A stretch of DNA of 63,743 nt, the filler included, from Cercozoa sp. M6MM (taxonomy: Eukaryota; Protista; Endomyxa: Ascetosporea), in the NCBI GenBank assembly GCA_040357565.1. It is 8 parts of 8 records of this genome, joined end to end, with 100 filler letters (N's around TTAATTAATTAA, not from the genome) between each part and the next. Parts side by side here need not be neighbours in the genome. Positions count along the whole stretch, not along the records: positions 41,071 to 58,983 come from JBDODJ010000246.1; positions 59,084 to 62,475 come from JBDODJ010001479.1; positions 62,576 to 63,743 come from JBDODJ010002139.1; 5 more parts are not named here. One strand, 5' to 3'. The notes beneath the pieces were generated by a model, which saw only the letters and a program-made list of their open reading frames with translations, was not told where the DNA came from and did not search any database. Both the position numbers and the translations under genes were made by a program. Positions 51,101 to 62,671 of the stretch are shown piece by piece (position 1 is the first letter of the stretch; each line of letters opens with the position of its first letter).

Positions 51101-53422
51101 CAGTCAGAGGGTCAGGGGAGGGAAGTGACTGTCCGCGCGGACGGGCCAGGCTACCGCGTCATCGGCGCCGGGACTGCACTTGAGCAGCGCGACGACAAAG
51201 TCGAAGGCATGCAGCGCCAACTCACCCGGCATGCGCACCTGTGCACGTGCTCACTCAGTCAGTCAGGGTGGTCAGTCAGGGTGGTCACTCAGTGGTCACA
51301 TGGTCACTTGGACTGACTTGTCAGTCACATGGTCACTTGGACTGGGCCACGTGGTACCTCGGTCAGCAGGTTGTGCAGCAGGAAGCGCAGTTCGCTGTGC
51401 TGCGTCAGCGCTCTCAACTGAGCACATCGGTACGTATTAACTCATAGGTACAGGTACATACGTACGGTACACATGGACAGGTACATATGGACAGGTACAT
51501 ATGGACAGGTTATGGACAGTACACATGCGGACAAAAAGAAGCTACCATAGCGGCCGGCTGCGCCTGCGCCAGCAAACGCAGAATCTCCGACGCGTGCAGC
51601 GGGTTGCCTTGCGAGGCACCTGGGGAAGAGGGGTAAGAGGGGGTAAGAGGGGGGTAAGGGGTTAAAAGGGGGTAAAGCTACCAGCAAACACGGCGAGCGA
51701 ATGCGACACGGCGCAGTGCGTCGCCGCTTCGAACAACAACGCGGCGCCATCGACCACTGTCTCGGGACAAATACACACATACATACGTGCATTTAAAGGT
51801 ACATACTGTACGGTACATATTAAAGGTCCATACTGTACGGCACACATATTAAAGGTACATACTGTACGGCACATACTGTACGGTACAAATGGACAGGGGG
51901 TAAACACACGATTAACAGACGGCCCAGCGCCCAACGGCGTCAGCAGCGCCGACATTGGCGACCGTTGGCACTGCTTCCGCGCGGACGCCGCCGCTGCTGC
52001 CGCCAGTCTGACCACACGGAGAATAAGTGGAGTACAAGTGGGGGGGGGTAAGCCTACTGAATGACAACGTAGGACCGACGCTGCGCCCTTATTTCTTCCT
52101 GCACACACAAGCATTACCCTCCCTCCCAGAGTAGACTCATGGTACAGCATCAGCGGAATCGCGCAGCTGTTGGAGATTGAAGACGCGCGATGTGTGCACT
52201 TGCTGCGGCAGCAGTTGCGCCTACACATATATAAAATACACGCACAGACATATCAACAGACGGTGTACCGGCGAGGCAACACGTCGCACTCGCCGACCAT
52301 CAGACAGTGTGTAGATCTGTACACAGTGAGGATAACGGGGGGTTGGGGGGGGGGAGAGGGTAAAACTGGGGGACCAAATCATCGTCGGAATCGTCCTCTG
52401 AGTCTAAAAAGGCAACACAACAGAGTCAAACACAGAGTGATCATAAAGCGACACAACTGAAAGGTACCGTCATCGTCGGAATCGTCAGAATCGTCATCGA
52501 AATCGTCATCGGAATCCTCCGACTCATTTTCGGAATCGCTATCGCTGTTCGCTTCGTTCGACGCTTCATCTACACAGACAACCCACCGCTCAAAGCTTCT
52601 CAAAGGCTCCTTAAAGCTGTTAAATTAAGGTAAAGGTTTTTGAGTTGTACCCTCATGCTCGTCAGCTTCCACGTCGACACAGAGACGCGACACGTAGCGA
52701 AACAGCGCATCGGGGTTGCGCATCAGTCGCTCACTACAGTAGGAAAAGCTATGCCGAAAGAAAAAATGAAGGAAGGCGAAAAGCAACATACGCGAAGCGC
52801 TTCGTAAAGATGGCGTTTTCGTCATCGAGGAACAGCACAATCGCTTCCTTCAGCGGCATGCCTTCGTACGGGTCTGGCAGAGGCTTCTCTTCCTCCTCGT
52901 CCTCATCCTCTTCTTCCTCCTCCTACACACGCGAAAGTGAAAGAACTCAAGAATTTCAACAATCAAAGCGCATCAAAATCAAAAGCAAATCTGGCACCTG
53001 ATCGTCTACAGTGTCATCAGAGAACTCCGTGCCCTGCAATTCCTCGACATGGCTCTCCATCTGCGCGGAAGCCAACAAACACAGGTCAGGCAAGAAAGAT
53101 ACGAACAATCAATGGTTGCACCTCCTCGAAGGCGTCCACATCGATCTCGCATACATCGGCGTTATCGCTGGGTGCCTCGCCGGCCTCCTGTTCCACCGTG
53201 TGCTGCGGCTGTACCTCGGGTTCCGTCATTCTGTGTGCTGGGTCCACAGGTCCTGGAAGCTGCTCCAGCGCGACCTCGAAAATAATATACTGCTCGCCGT
53301 GTGGCTCGCTTTGTCTTACAGTTCTCGCCGCTCCAACGGCCTCTGCATAAAGCACGTTCACTTGAGGCTGTTGCCAGATGCTCTGTGTCGGCAGGGCAGC
53401 TGGGCCTCTTGAGCAGAGGCAT
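48110..53422 (-). CDS. Large acidic, helical protein with roughly 20 or more introns (possibly SAPS/PP6R-like)
   Basis: GC-rich exons with D/E tracts (SSDDDEDDED; EEEEDEDEEEE) and EAIVLFLDDENAIFTKRFA|ERLMRNPDALFRYVS; family is a weak guess; may be more than one gene. Confidence 0.5.
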
Positions 53423-53504
53423 CGGCTCGGCGATCAGAGCCAATAAAACAAAGCAAGAGCGACGTCTTCGCCGGTGTTTTGTGCAGTGTAGAGGTGTACT
53501 CACG

Positions 53505-55029
53505 ATGCAGCAAGCGCGAAAGCGGCTCAAGGAGGGCGAAAAATTGTACCTAGGGTTATCTGTTGGGATCGGCGATCAGACATCTGCTGCAAGAAACGCT
53601 GCTGTCTGAACAGGCTGAAGGGCGGCCTGTTTAGCAAGTCCGACCCTGTCAGGTAGTTTAAAGAGAGCGAGATGGTCTGTGTGAGACCAGATAGCCTTGT
53701 GTAGAGCACTGCGTGCCTTTGAGGAGGCGGCCGATGCTATGCGTCGCAGCGCGAGTGGCGCCTCTGAATGGCAGGAGTGCCTGCTCGTCCTGCAGAGGTA
53801 CTCGTGGGCACGTTTAACGGCGTGTCCACATGTTTGAGAACGTGGATACATGTTTAAGGCTGGGAGCAGGGCTGCAGTGGCAGCCGAGGCGGTGCCGGTG
53901 CCTAACACTGCGGGCAAGCACCTTTCGGCGGCCTCGAAACTGGCTACACGCCAGCTGGACGACATGTACCATTATTGTCGAACAAGGTTGTTTGTACTGT
54001 GTGTATGCATAGTGACATGGCGATCGAATTGCTGAAACGAGCTTCTCGGATGTTTCTGGCCGGCGATCACGTCGCGGCGGCTGTCAAGGTTTGCTCTTTT
54101 CCGCCCTTGCCCTGCCCCACCCACCCTTACCCCCCCCCAGGCCCTGAGCGACGCGGCAGTTTTGGTGGCCGACAGCGACTTTGAGCGATCGCTGGAGCTG
54201 TTCCAACAGGCGTGTCTGCTCGTGGAGGACACGCTGGACGAGTACTCTTCGGGCAGCACGGCGGCGGCCTCGTCGCACGAGATCTTCGATCGCACTGTCG
54301 CGCACTGCGCCACGTTAGTTTACCCCCTCCTCTCCCCCCCCCCTATCGCCCTTGTTATGTCCTCCTTTACTCCCAGACACAAGAGGTGGGCGGAGTGTCG
54401 CGAGGCGCTGCTGCGGCAGTGTCGCTTCATGGACCACGCGAGCAATCGCGAGACTTTTAAGGTACACTGTACATATGTACTGGTTATTGTACATGTGTTT
54501 GTACCTAGGCCTGGCTACGACAAGCGTGGTCGCACGCGATCGTCGTGTCGCTCGTTCGAAACGACGTCGCTGGTGCCGCGCGCGACTGGAGTGAGGCTCA
54601 GTATCCTATCATCTTAAGGGCTTTTCATTTTGACTGATAGGCTATGTAGGCAGTGCCAGGCCATGGCAGGCACTGAGGCGTCGCAGCAGCTGTCGCGTTT
54701 AATTCAAGCTGTGGCCTCGGCCGACCAGAGCGAGGTGCAGCAGGTGCTGCGACACACCTTCTTCGGCAGCGGCGGCATGCGACCGCGTTTCGCACGTGGC
54801 TTTACCCCCTAACCATTTAACCCTTATTTACCTCCCCCTTCCCGTATCCATCTTATCCCATGCCACAGGCCTCGCTAAGAAGCTGCAGGCGGCGCCGTCA
54901 CCAGTGTCACTCAATCCGGCCACGCAACTCGGCGCTTCTCAGGCCATGCAGGCTCCAGCCAGTGCTGCTCAGGCTGCCGACGATGAGCACAAGGTATTCC
55001 GGTTCACTACTTGTTGCCTTGGCTCTCAG

Positions 55030-55084
<55 letters not shown>

Positions 55085-55160
55085 TGTGTGTGTTTCACAT
55101 GGGCAGTCGGACGAAATCGCTGCCACTGCCGCCGAGTTCGGCGAACCCAATTTCGCTTAG
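53505..55160 (+). CDS. NAPG: Gamma-soluble NSF attachment protein
   Basis: ARKRLKEGEKL|LKGGLFSKSDP..AFEEAA..AGKHLSAASKL..LLKRASRMF..AAVK|ALSDAAVL..SLELFQQAC..LIQAVASADQ; TPR-like SNAP helices. Confidence 0.8.
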
Positions 55161-55353
55161 TCGTCGCGTGCGCGCACCGACCTACTCGACGCGACGATCG
55201 TACGTCGTGCGCTAGTGACCTCCAGACTGAACTAACCAACTAACGTAATAAGTCAGGGTATCCGTCTGGTCCCGCGCCGTGACAGTGGTTTTGTTTTGGC
55301 AACCAAGACGTCGACGTGGCCGCACCAATCATCCGAATCAGTGCAGTCGACAG

Positions 55354-57489
55354 TCATTGAGTTTTGGTTTTGTTTTGACCTGCAGTTTCACTGGCAGCAG
55401 TTTGCGTTGCTGTTCGTGTCCTCGCGGAAAGCGTTGCAGCGGCAAACAACACGGCACAGACGGTGAGACCGGCGACGTAGCAGTACACCGTGCGTATGTG
55501 TTGGCGATGCAGGTCGTTCAGACGTAGTAGGTCACTCACTTCCAGAATTGCACTGCCGAGTGTCCAGTCGACCGAGACACCGACACCCGCGACATTGACG
55601 TTCACCTCGTCGTCCTCATTGATCTCTGTTTTGCGTGTTCTAAAGTGTCGAGCCACCTGAGGAGAAACCAAGTCAAAAGAGGATCAACGCACATGTACAC
55701 AGAAGAGAGATAGTACAACAACATCGCGAACAATGTCGACATGAGGGTGCGGCGCTTCGATGTTGAACGCGTGCGATGGCGACATCAAACGAGAGATGAA
55801 AGCAGACGCGAAACATCCGCGCAGCATTGCGTAGTGATGTTGCGGCGGCTACAAAAAGGAATCTACAAAAACAAAAACTGGGAATGAAACACACAAGGAA
55901 CGTACATGCTCAGCTCGTAGTGCTTCCAGATCGGTGGCGCAAAAGACACGACCCACGGCCGACAGGTCCGCAGCTAGATCTTTCGAGTGCGTGAGGCTAC
56001 AGACGCAAGCTAGACCAACAAAACAAAATTACGAAGCAACTGACCCAAAAAACTCGGCCGTGTGGAAGAAGTTCTCCACGGCCACCATGCGGTGCAACTG
56101 CGCGTCGATGCGCGGAGTCTGAATGTGCGAGTGTTGCGACAGGAGCACCTCATCGACCAGTGCCACGCATGCGTCAAAGTCACCAGTGCCAACCACCTGG
56201 AAGGTGTGCTCGAAGGGAGCCGAATAACCTGGAGGATAGCACGGGTGTCGAATCACGATATGCTCTTCTTCTGCCGCCTCCTCTCCGCGCATAGAGCTCT
56301 CGTTGTCGTCGGAACTGTCATAAAACAGCTTCAATTCGATGCCTCGTCGAATCAAGCGATCTTGTGCCGCCTGCGAGCAATGACCTTTCTTCTTTCTCTT
56401 TGCATACAAACAAGCAGCACCTCCAGACCAAAGTCGGCGAACGAGTGCACAAACAACAAATAATCGCGACCAAAGACGGTTACTTTCGTCAAACGCTGCA
56501 AGCAGGGCAGTTTTCTACTCTAGTACAGTGGGGGCTAAAATAGCACTTACATGATCATCCTCAGTGTCATGTGGACCTGCTTGCATTGCGAGCTGCAGCG
56601 ACGCGCCCCCGAGTTCAAGCAAACCAACAGTCTGGTTCTACAACCACGGTGATTGCAAATCTTCCTTTCGGACAGGAAAGTAAAGAAACCGTTGAGAAGC
56701 TGCCGAGAAGGTAGTTGAGAGACACCCAGCCCATCACGCCCTCATCTCGACCCGAGGCAACTGTCGCCCACTGCAAAAATTAACAACTAAAACCAGCACA
56801 CAGCTCAGCCAAGGACAGTCAGGGTGCGTTACTTTGGGTTTAAACAAAAATTTTGACTGCTGCAACCGTCTTCGGCATAGAGCAAGCAGTTTGTCTGCCT
56901 ACACAAAGGGCATGCCTCCAGCAGCACTTTCGGAAATTAAAAGCACCTGCTCGAATGAGACACCACGCAGCCCCGCAGTCGCTTTGAAAAACAACGGCTG
57001 AAAAAACTTGAATAGAGTAGAGTAAAAAGAAAACTGGTTCACTTCAAACCCACCGTAGTCGACCAGAATTCTTCTGGGACATTCTTCTGCGCAAACGCCA
57101 GTAATTGGTCAAGAATTCGGTTAATGCGTTTCTCCGCGGGCAGATCGCCCGCGCGGACCTGCCAAACATGCAAAAACTGTTTTCGTGTTTAAATTCAACT
57201 TGGGAGTGAAATCGAGACCCACCTGCACTGCGAATGTGCTGAGGCCTGGCGAAAGCTTGAGGTTCGGAACGGCCGAGGACGCCTCGCTGCCGAAGTGGAA
57301 AACTGGATCGCTGTCGTCACCGGCACTCCATTTGTGGACGTGCAGTCGTGTGCCAGTACTGCCTGCATCGACGGTGAGCACATAGCCGCCGTCACCACTG
57401 ATTGCGACACCCTGCGGGGCATCGGTGCGCAGGGTGCTCAGTCGGCCGGCGAGGAAGCCGAAAAGCAAAAGCAATACCCACCGTGTCAT
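55354..57489 (-). CDS. NTPDase/apyrase (GDA1/CD39 family)
   Basis: Apyrase conserved regions DAGSTGTR, ATAGLR, GRDEG..GWVSLNYL, ELGGAS, DWTLG; N- and C-terminal hydrophobic segments. Confidence 0.94.
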
Positions 57490-57801
57490 TAAAAGGGTAG
57501 CAAACCACGACAGGACACAATAAACATGTCTGGAGGGAACTGTGCGGCACTGTTCTGTAGCACGCTGTGGTCAGTCAAGTTTTGATCCGATACGCAGTAT
57601 CGATTCACACTTGATCGCAATACATTTCTGTACTGTACAGTAAATGGTGAGGCACGAAAACAGCACTCTGAGCCCATCGGGTGCCCACAAGAGTCAGAAT
57701 AGAAAAGGGAGGGCTGTTGCGTTGTCTGGCTCGCGGCACAGTGCAAGTGCGTGCAGAGAGTTAATTGACTGCTTAGTGCGCATTTTGACGAAATTCTAGG
57801 A

Positions 57802-58891
57802 ATGAGTGATCCGAAGCCTTCGGGTGTGGCTGCTGGGTCCGCGTGGGCCCAAATGCTCGAGAAGAGCAAGACGCAGTGGCGTTGCGAGTCGTGCCAGGTG
57901 CGCTTGTGTTTGTCTTACTAAGTCGTCTTTAAGCATGCATGCTGCAGACTATGAACGACAACGGCGTTGCCAAGTGCGTGGCCTGCGAAGCGGCCAATCC
58001 CAAGGCAGCTACTGCTGCTGAGGAGGAGAAGGCTCCTTCCCTGGTACTTTGAAGTTTGCAGCCTTTGCTTTCAGTTTGTCTGGTCTGTGCGCTGACGCTT
58101 TGTTGGATTGCAGAAGCCGAAAGCACCGTCAAGCGCTGGTTTCTCCTTCAGTTTTGGCGGACAAACGGTCGCCTCGACTGCGTCGACTGCTGACGAAGCA
58201 CCTGCGCCGCGTAACCTTCTGTCCTTCCTTTCCTTGCTTGCTTCCTTTCTATGCTCCCCTTGCTTCCTTCCTTACCCTGCTTCCTCCTTTCCTTCCCTTG
58301 CTTCCTTCCTTACCTTGCTTCTTTCCCGTGCTTCCCTAACTTTCCTTGATGTTTCCTTGTGTCTCTAGAGATGAGTTTCTCGTTCGGCGGGCAGACCGTG
58401 TCGTTCCAGAAGGCCGAGGCGGGCGAGTCCGAGCCGAGTGAGCCGAAGCCGACAGAGCTCAAGGACGAGTCCGAGCCGACAGAGCCCAAGGATGAGTCCA
58501 AGGACGAATCTGACGAGACCAAGGAGGAGTCCGAGCAGACCGATTTGGACGACCAGAGCGCACTGTCGGAGACGCCCAAGTGGTCCAAGACGGCGCAGAA
58601 GCACCTGGACGCCTTCGTGGCCGCCGTGGACAAGGCCTCGGTCGGCGAGACACTCGTCTTCAGCTTCGGCGTCGGGCCCTTCGGCGCTCTCGGACTGGGC
58701 GACGCCGATCAGGACCAAGACGAAGAGCAAGACGAGGACATGGACCCGTTGGAGGCGTGTGTGCCGAGACAGGTGCCTGGCCTGCCAAGGTCGGTGCACT
58801 CGGTGTGTGCCGGCAGTATGCTGTCTGCCGCTGCTACTGTGGAGGGCGACGTCTACACCTGGGGCCAGGCCGACCACGGCGCGCTTGGACG
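57802..58891 (+). CDS. RCC1-family protein with N-terminal RanBP2-type zinc finger and FxFG motifs, 3'-truncated
   Basis: WRCESCQ|TMNDNGVAKCVAC (WxCxxCxxxNx6CxxC); two FSFGG motifs; acidic linker; VFSFGVGPFGALGLG..VCAGSMLS..GDVYTWGQADHGALGR. Confidence 0.88.
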
Positions 58892-59083
58892 GTGCTTTAC
58901 CTCCCTACCCTACCCCTATCCCTACCCTGCTCTACCCTACCCTACCCTACCCTACCCTGCCCTACCCTGCCCTACCCTACCCTNNNNNNNNNNNNNNNNN
59001 NNNNNNNNNNNNNNNNNNNNNNNNNNNTTAATTAATTAANNNNNNNNNNNNNNNNNNNNNNNNNNNNNNNNNNNNNNNNNNNN

Positions 59084-59374
59084 GCCCTACAAGAAGCAAT
59101 AGCTGAAAATGACTGGGAGATACTCAACAAATACACTCCAACCCACAGCTACAGAGTCCGAGGAGAGGCAGAGGCCAAGCCCAGAACAACGATAGACCTC
59201 GCGATAGCTGACAGTGTCATCTCAGCACAGTCTACAATATCGTCAGTGGAACGAGCAGTGCGTGAACCAAAACACACCATACGGAGAAAGAACTACAAGA
59301 AGATAGATCTTCAAAAATACACAGAACATGAATCGATTCGACTGCTATCACAAGAAGGGACTTATGGTCACTGA
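59084..59374 (+). mobile_element. Non-LTR retrotransposon ORF2 fragment (end of APE-type endonuclease), degraded
   Basis: WEILNKYTPTHSY..TTIDLAIAD..RRKNYKKIDLQKY resembles LNxxxPT..IDL..WNxKKADW of I/Jockey/Ingi-type elements; SDH motif missing in frame; premature stop. Confidence 0.75.
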
Positions 59375-59687
59375 TCGATCGCCCGGACAAGGCGGTGTTG
59401 AATTCTAATCTCACCGTCGACTAGCTGCAGGATGTGCAGTAACTCAGTATTAGCACACGTTTTGTGTTGCAATAACTCTGTATTAGCACACGTTCTGTGT
59501 GTTGCATGCTGGCACTGATGGACTGTACAATGTTCCCGGTACTGTACCCGAGACTGTACAGATAGTTGTTCTTTTCGAAGAGGAAGACAGAAGGAAAGTT
59601 TCCGAAATCGAAATTTCCACGTCTTGCAGTCACTCTCACCTCGTATTGTTTGCAAACAAAGCTCCAAGTACTCCAAACTAGATCGAA

Positions 59688-60298
59688 ATGGCCGATCAGG
59701 TGATTGACAATGCGGACGACGGTGTGGTGTGATCGTTTTTTTCGTGCATTTTGATTTCGGTCATGCCCTTGCTCTGTTTGCAGGCGAGACTGATGGAGGA
59801 TGTGAATGAAGTCGGTCAAGGCATTGGGCAAGTTGAGTGGGCGGATGTGTTTGGCCGCTTGCGCTCGGTCGTGACTCTTTTTCGGGAGGTTTTGGACAAC
59901 AACGATCTCCCGAATGACCAAGCGAATCCCATGGTTGGCCAGCTGGTACGTCAGTTTACCTGCTCTTGAATACATGATATGTCGATACGGTGCTTATGTT
60001 AGGTGGGCTTTTGGATTCGCCTGCAAGAACAAGGTCGTCGCCTGCTCCGAGAAGGTGGTCGCTCAGAGGGAGAGCTGGAGCAAGCAATCCGGGCGCTCAT
60101 CGACGTTTCCCAGTTCGCCCGGATGCACGTGGAAGGGAAGCCGCTGTGGGATCGTTGCGACCACAGCGACAGGATTCGCGGGGCGTATCGAGAGACGTTG
60201 TGGCTTCTGGCGAAGGTGGCCAGCGAGTCTGGGCAATCTGCAGACTTGGTTTTTGAGGCCCTTGAGGAACTCAAACAGTCTCTGGTATATCCATTTAA

Positions 60299-60350
<52 letters not shown>

Positions 60351-60360
60351 NNNNNNNNNN

Positions 60361-60410
<50 letters not shown>

Positions 60411-61427
60411 TTGGGGTGCGTGTGCAGACAGACAGGATTATCGATGGAGATCATACGCGTACTTTTGAGACTGCCTTCACCGCATTGGCAAACCTGACGC
60501 GGCATCTCAACTCGTCGGAGGACGACATCGAGCAGGCGAGACGTGTGCTGGAGCTTTTTAATTTTCTCCGCCACGAGCAAAGCGGCCGAGATGATGATTG
60601 GATTCGAGACAAGGCAGGCGTGGCAGACTTTCTTTGTCGCAGCTACGTGCACTTGAAGGCCACGGGCAACAGTCCAGACAGGAGCTGCATGATGAGTATT
60701 AAGGCGGCTCTGGTAATTTGGTTTACGTTCAAGTTTGAGGCTGCAGGACAGTATTTGTGATTGTGAACACTACAGACAAGTGTTGGCTCAAGCGCACTGA
60801 GCCAGGACAGAAAGGACTTGCAGCGTTGGGTCGAAGGCAAGCGATCGGCCGACGTGTGTGGCAAACTTCTTCGCTTGGCGTCATGGCGCGCTACCATAGG
60901 CGACCGTGCGATCGATGCGCACGGGGATATCGGTCGACCGTCGTACAAGATGAGACCACTGGGATCCCTTGATGGGCAGAGTCTTTACGACAAGGTCGCT
61001 ATGTCTTCTGATTCCCGACCCTGGTCGACTGCCAGGACTATCAATGAGGCAGTGCTCGCTCTCTGCGACTGTGCTCTGGAGAATCAGCAGGGTGACGGTC
61101 AGCAGCTTCTCGAACTTCTGCACGAGCTGCTGCCTGATGTCGACGTGGCGGGCATGCAGGCCAGAGTTGCGAGGCAGCGGGTTAGAGAGCAACTCCGGCA
61201 ACGGCTGAAGAGCGTGTCGAATCAGCAGTATTCGGCGTCGGGTCGGTATATGGTTTTCCTGTTGGCAAGTGCCTTGTATTGCGTTTGTTTCGTTGTGTGC
61301 AGACAAAGCGCCACTTCTGGATCCACCTCGTTGTTCTGGTCGTTCTGGGACTGGGTCTTGCGTTTCGTTAAGGGATGCCGCGATGCTCTGTTCGCGACCT
61401 AAGACCGATCTGCACCTCCATCTCTAA
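59688..61427 (+). CDS. Uncharacterised helical protein, multi-exon
   Basis: Long exons about 59784-59945, 60003-60284, 60428-60712, 60776-61241 with GT-AG boundaries. Confidence 0.6.
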
Positions 61428-61715
61428 CATCGTCTGTCACATTGATCGACACATTGTAGTTTAGTTAGTTAGTTCAGTCAGATGGCAGACTTGATTGACT
61501 AAGAAACGCTAAGCGATGGTAACACTGCCGCGCTCAATGAGGTAGCTTCAGTCTTCTGAGAACGTTGAAGCTTGACGACACGAAGCTGTTAACGTAAACG
61601 TGCGTCACTGGGGTACGAGGTCGTTCCCTACATGTGTACGCGACTACGAACGGCAATTGATACCGGATAAACTCAGTCGGTCCGTGTTACTCGGCAGAAC
61701 TACCATACCTTTGTT

Positions 61716-61790
61716 CTCGGGACCACGCAGTAGTTACTCGGGGCTATAGCTACCCGTGGTCCTAGCGAGAAACTACTGCGTGGTCCTGAG
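61716..61790. repeat. 75-bp foldback, 25-bp arms with 2 mismatches
   Basis: CTCGGGACCACGCAGTAGTTACTCG versus CGAGAAACTACTGCGTGGTCCTGAG. Confidence 0.9.
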
Positions 61791-62475
61791 TTAGTTAGTT
61801 AGTTAGTTGAGTCTTCTAGGAAACCAACTATGTAGTTCCCCTGCACCAGTCTGGGGTGGGTCACAAGAGCATGGCCGTGTTTACCGCCCGCTTAGGGTAG
61901 GACCATACAACTCCCCTTTTGACGTTCCCCAGACACCGAAGTCGACTTCATGGTTGGTGCAGGTAGCGGGCTACAAGTAGAGAGGCGTCGCAGGCCGCGT
62001 CGGGTCGTCCCGTCGTCGTCCTCCCGTCTCTCCACTCGATACCTAAACAAAACAGACAAACGGACATAGACTTAGGGCCACCACTGCCGTGAGTGGTGGC
62101 CTAGTCTATGTCGGGGACTCGGTCCAGTGCCTGCTGGGAGGTTAGTTGTCCTTCGACAGTTGCTTCCTCGTCCCAGGAGATCTTGGTGCCTTGGTGCATT
62201 CTGTTGAGAGTTGCTAGGTTCTCAGGGTTGGCCAGTATGTCTTCAATTGTGCGCCACTGAGCCGCATTGGTGTTGTTTCTGATAGATTCCGTTACCTTGC
62301 ATTCCAGCAATCGGTGGTACGTGTCGAGAGTGTCTTCTGCATTTTCCCAGGTACCCGCGCAGTCGGGGCACTCGCTTACTTAGCGTTTTTGTCGTCGTTG
62401 TTTGCATCTCTTGCAGTTGGGAGTCCTGAGTCTGCCTCTGGCATTGCATTCATTGCACTTTCGTGGTATTTGGGC
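61791..62475 (-). mobile_element. 3' end of a non-LTR retrotransposon: ORF2 C-terminal CCHC finger, 3' UTR, (TAAC)n tail
   Basis: CNEC..CKRC..*VSECPDCAGTWENAEDTLDTYHRLLEC (CxxC..HxxxxC), stop at 62101, about 300-nt UTR ending GACTCAACTAACTAACTAAC; one in-frame TAA at 62380-62382; intronless, A-rich sense strand. Confidence 0.8.
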
Positions 62476-62671
62476 NNNNNNNNNNNNNNNNNNNNNNNNN
62501 NNNNNNNNNNNNNNNNNNNTTAATTAATTAANNNNNNNNNNNNNNNNNNNNNNNNNNNNNNNNNNNNNNNNNNNNGGGGGTATAAGAGGAGGATTAAAGG
62601 GAGTATAAAGAGGGGTATAAAGGGGGGTATAAAGGGGGTATAAACAGGATATAAGGGGGTATAAAGGGGGA

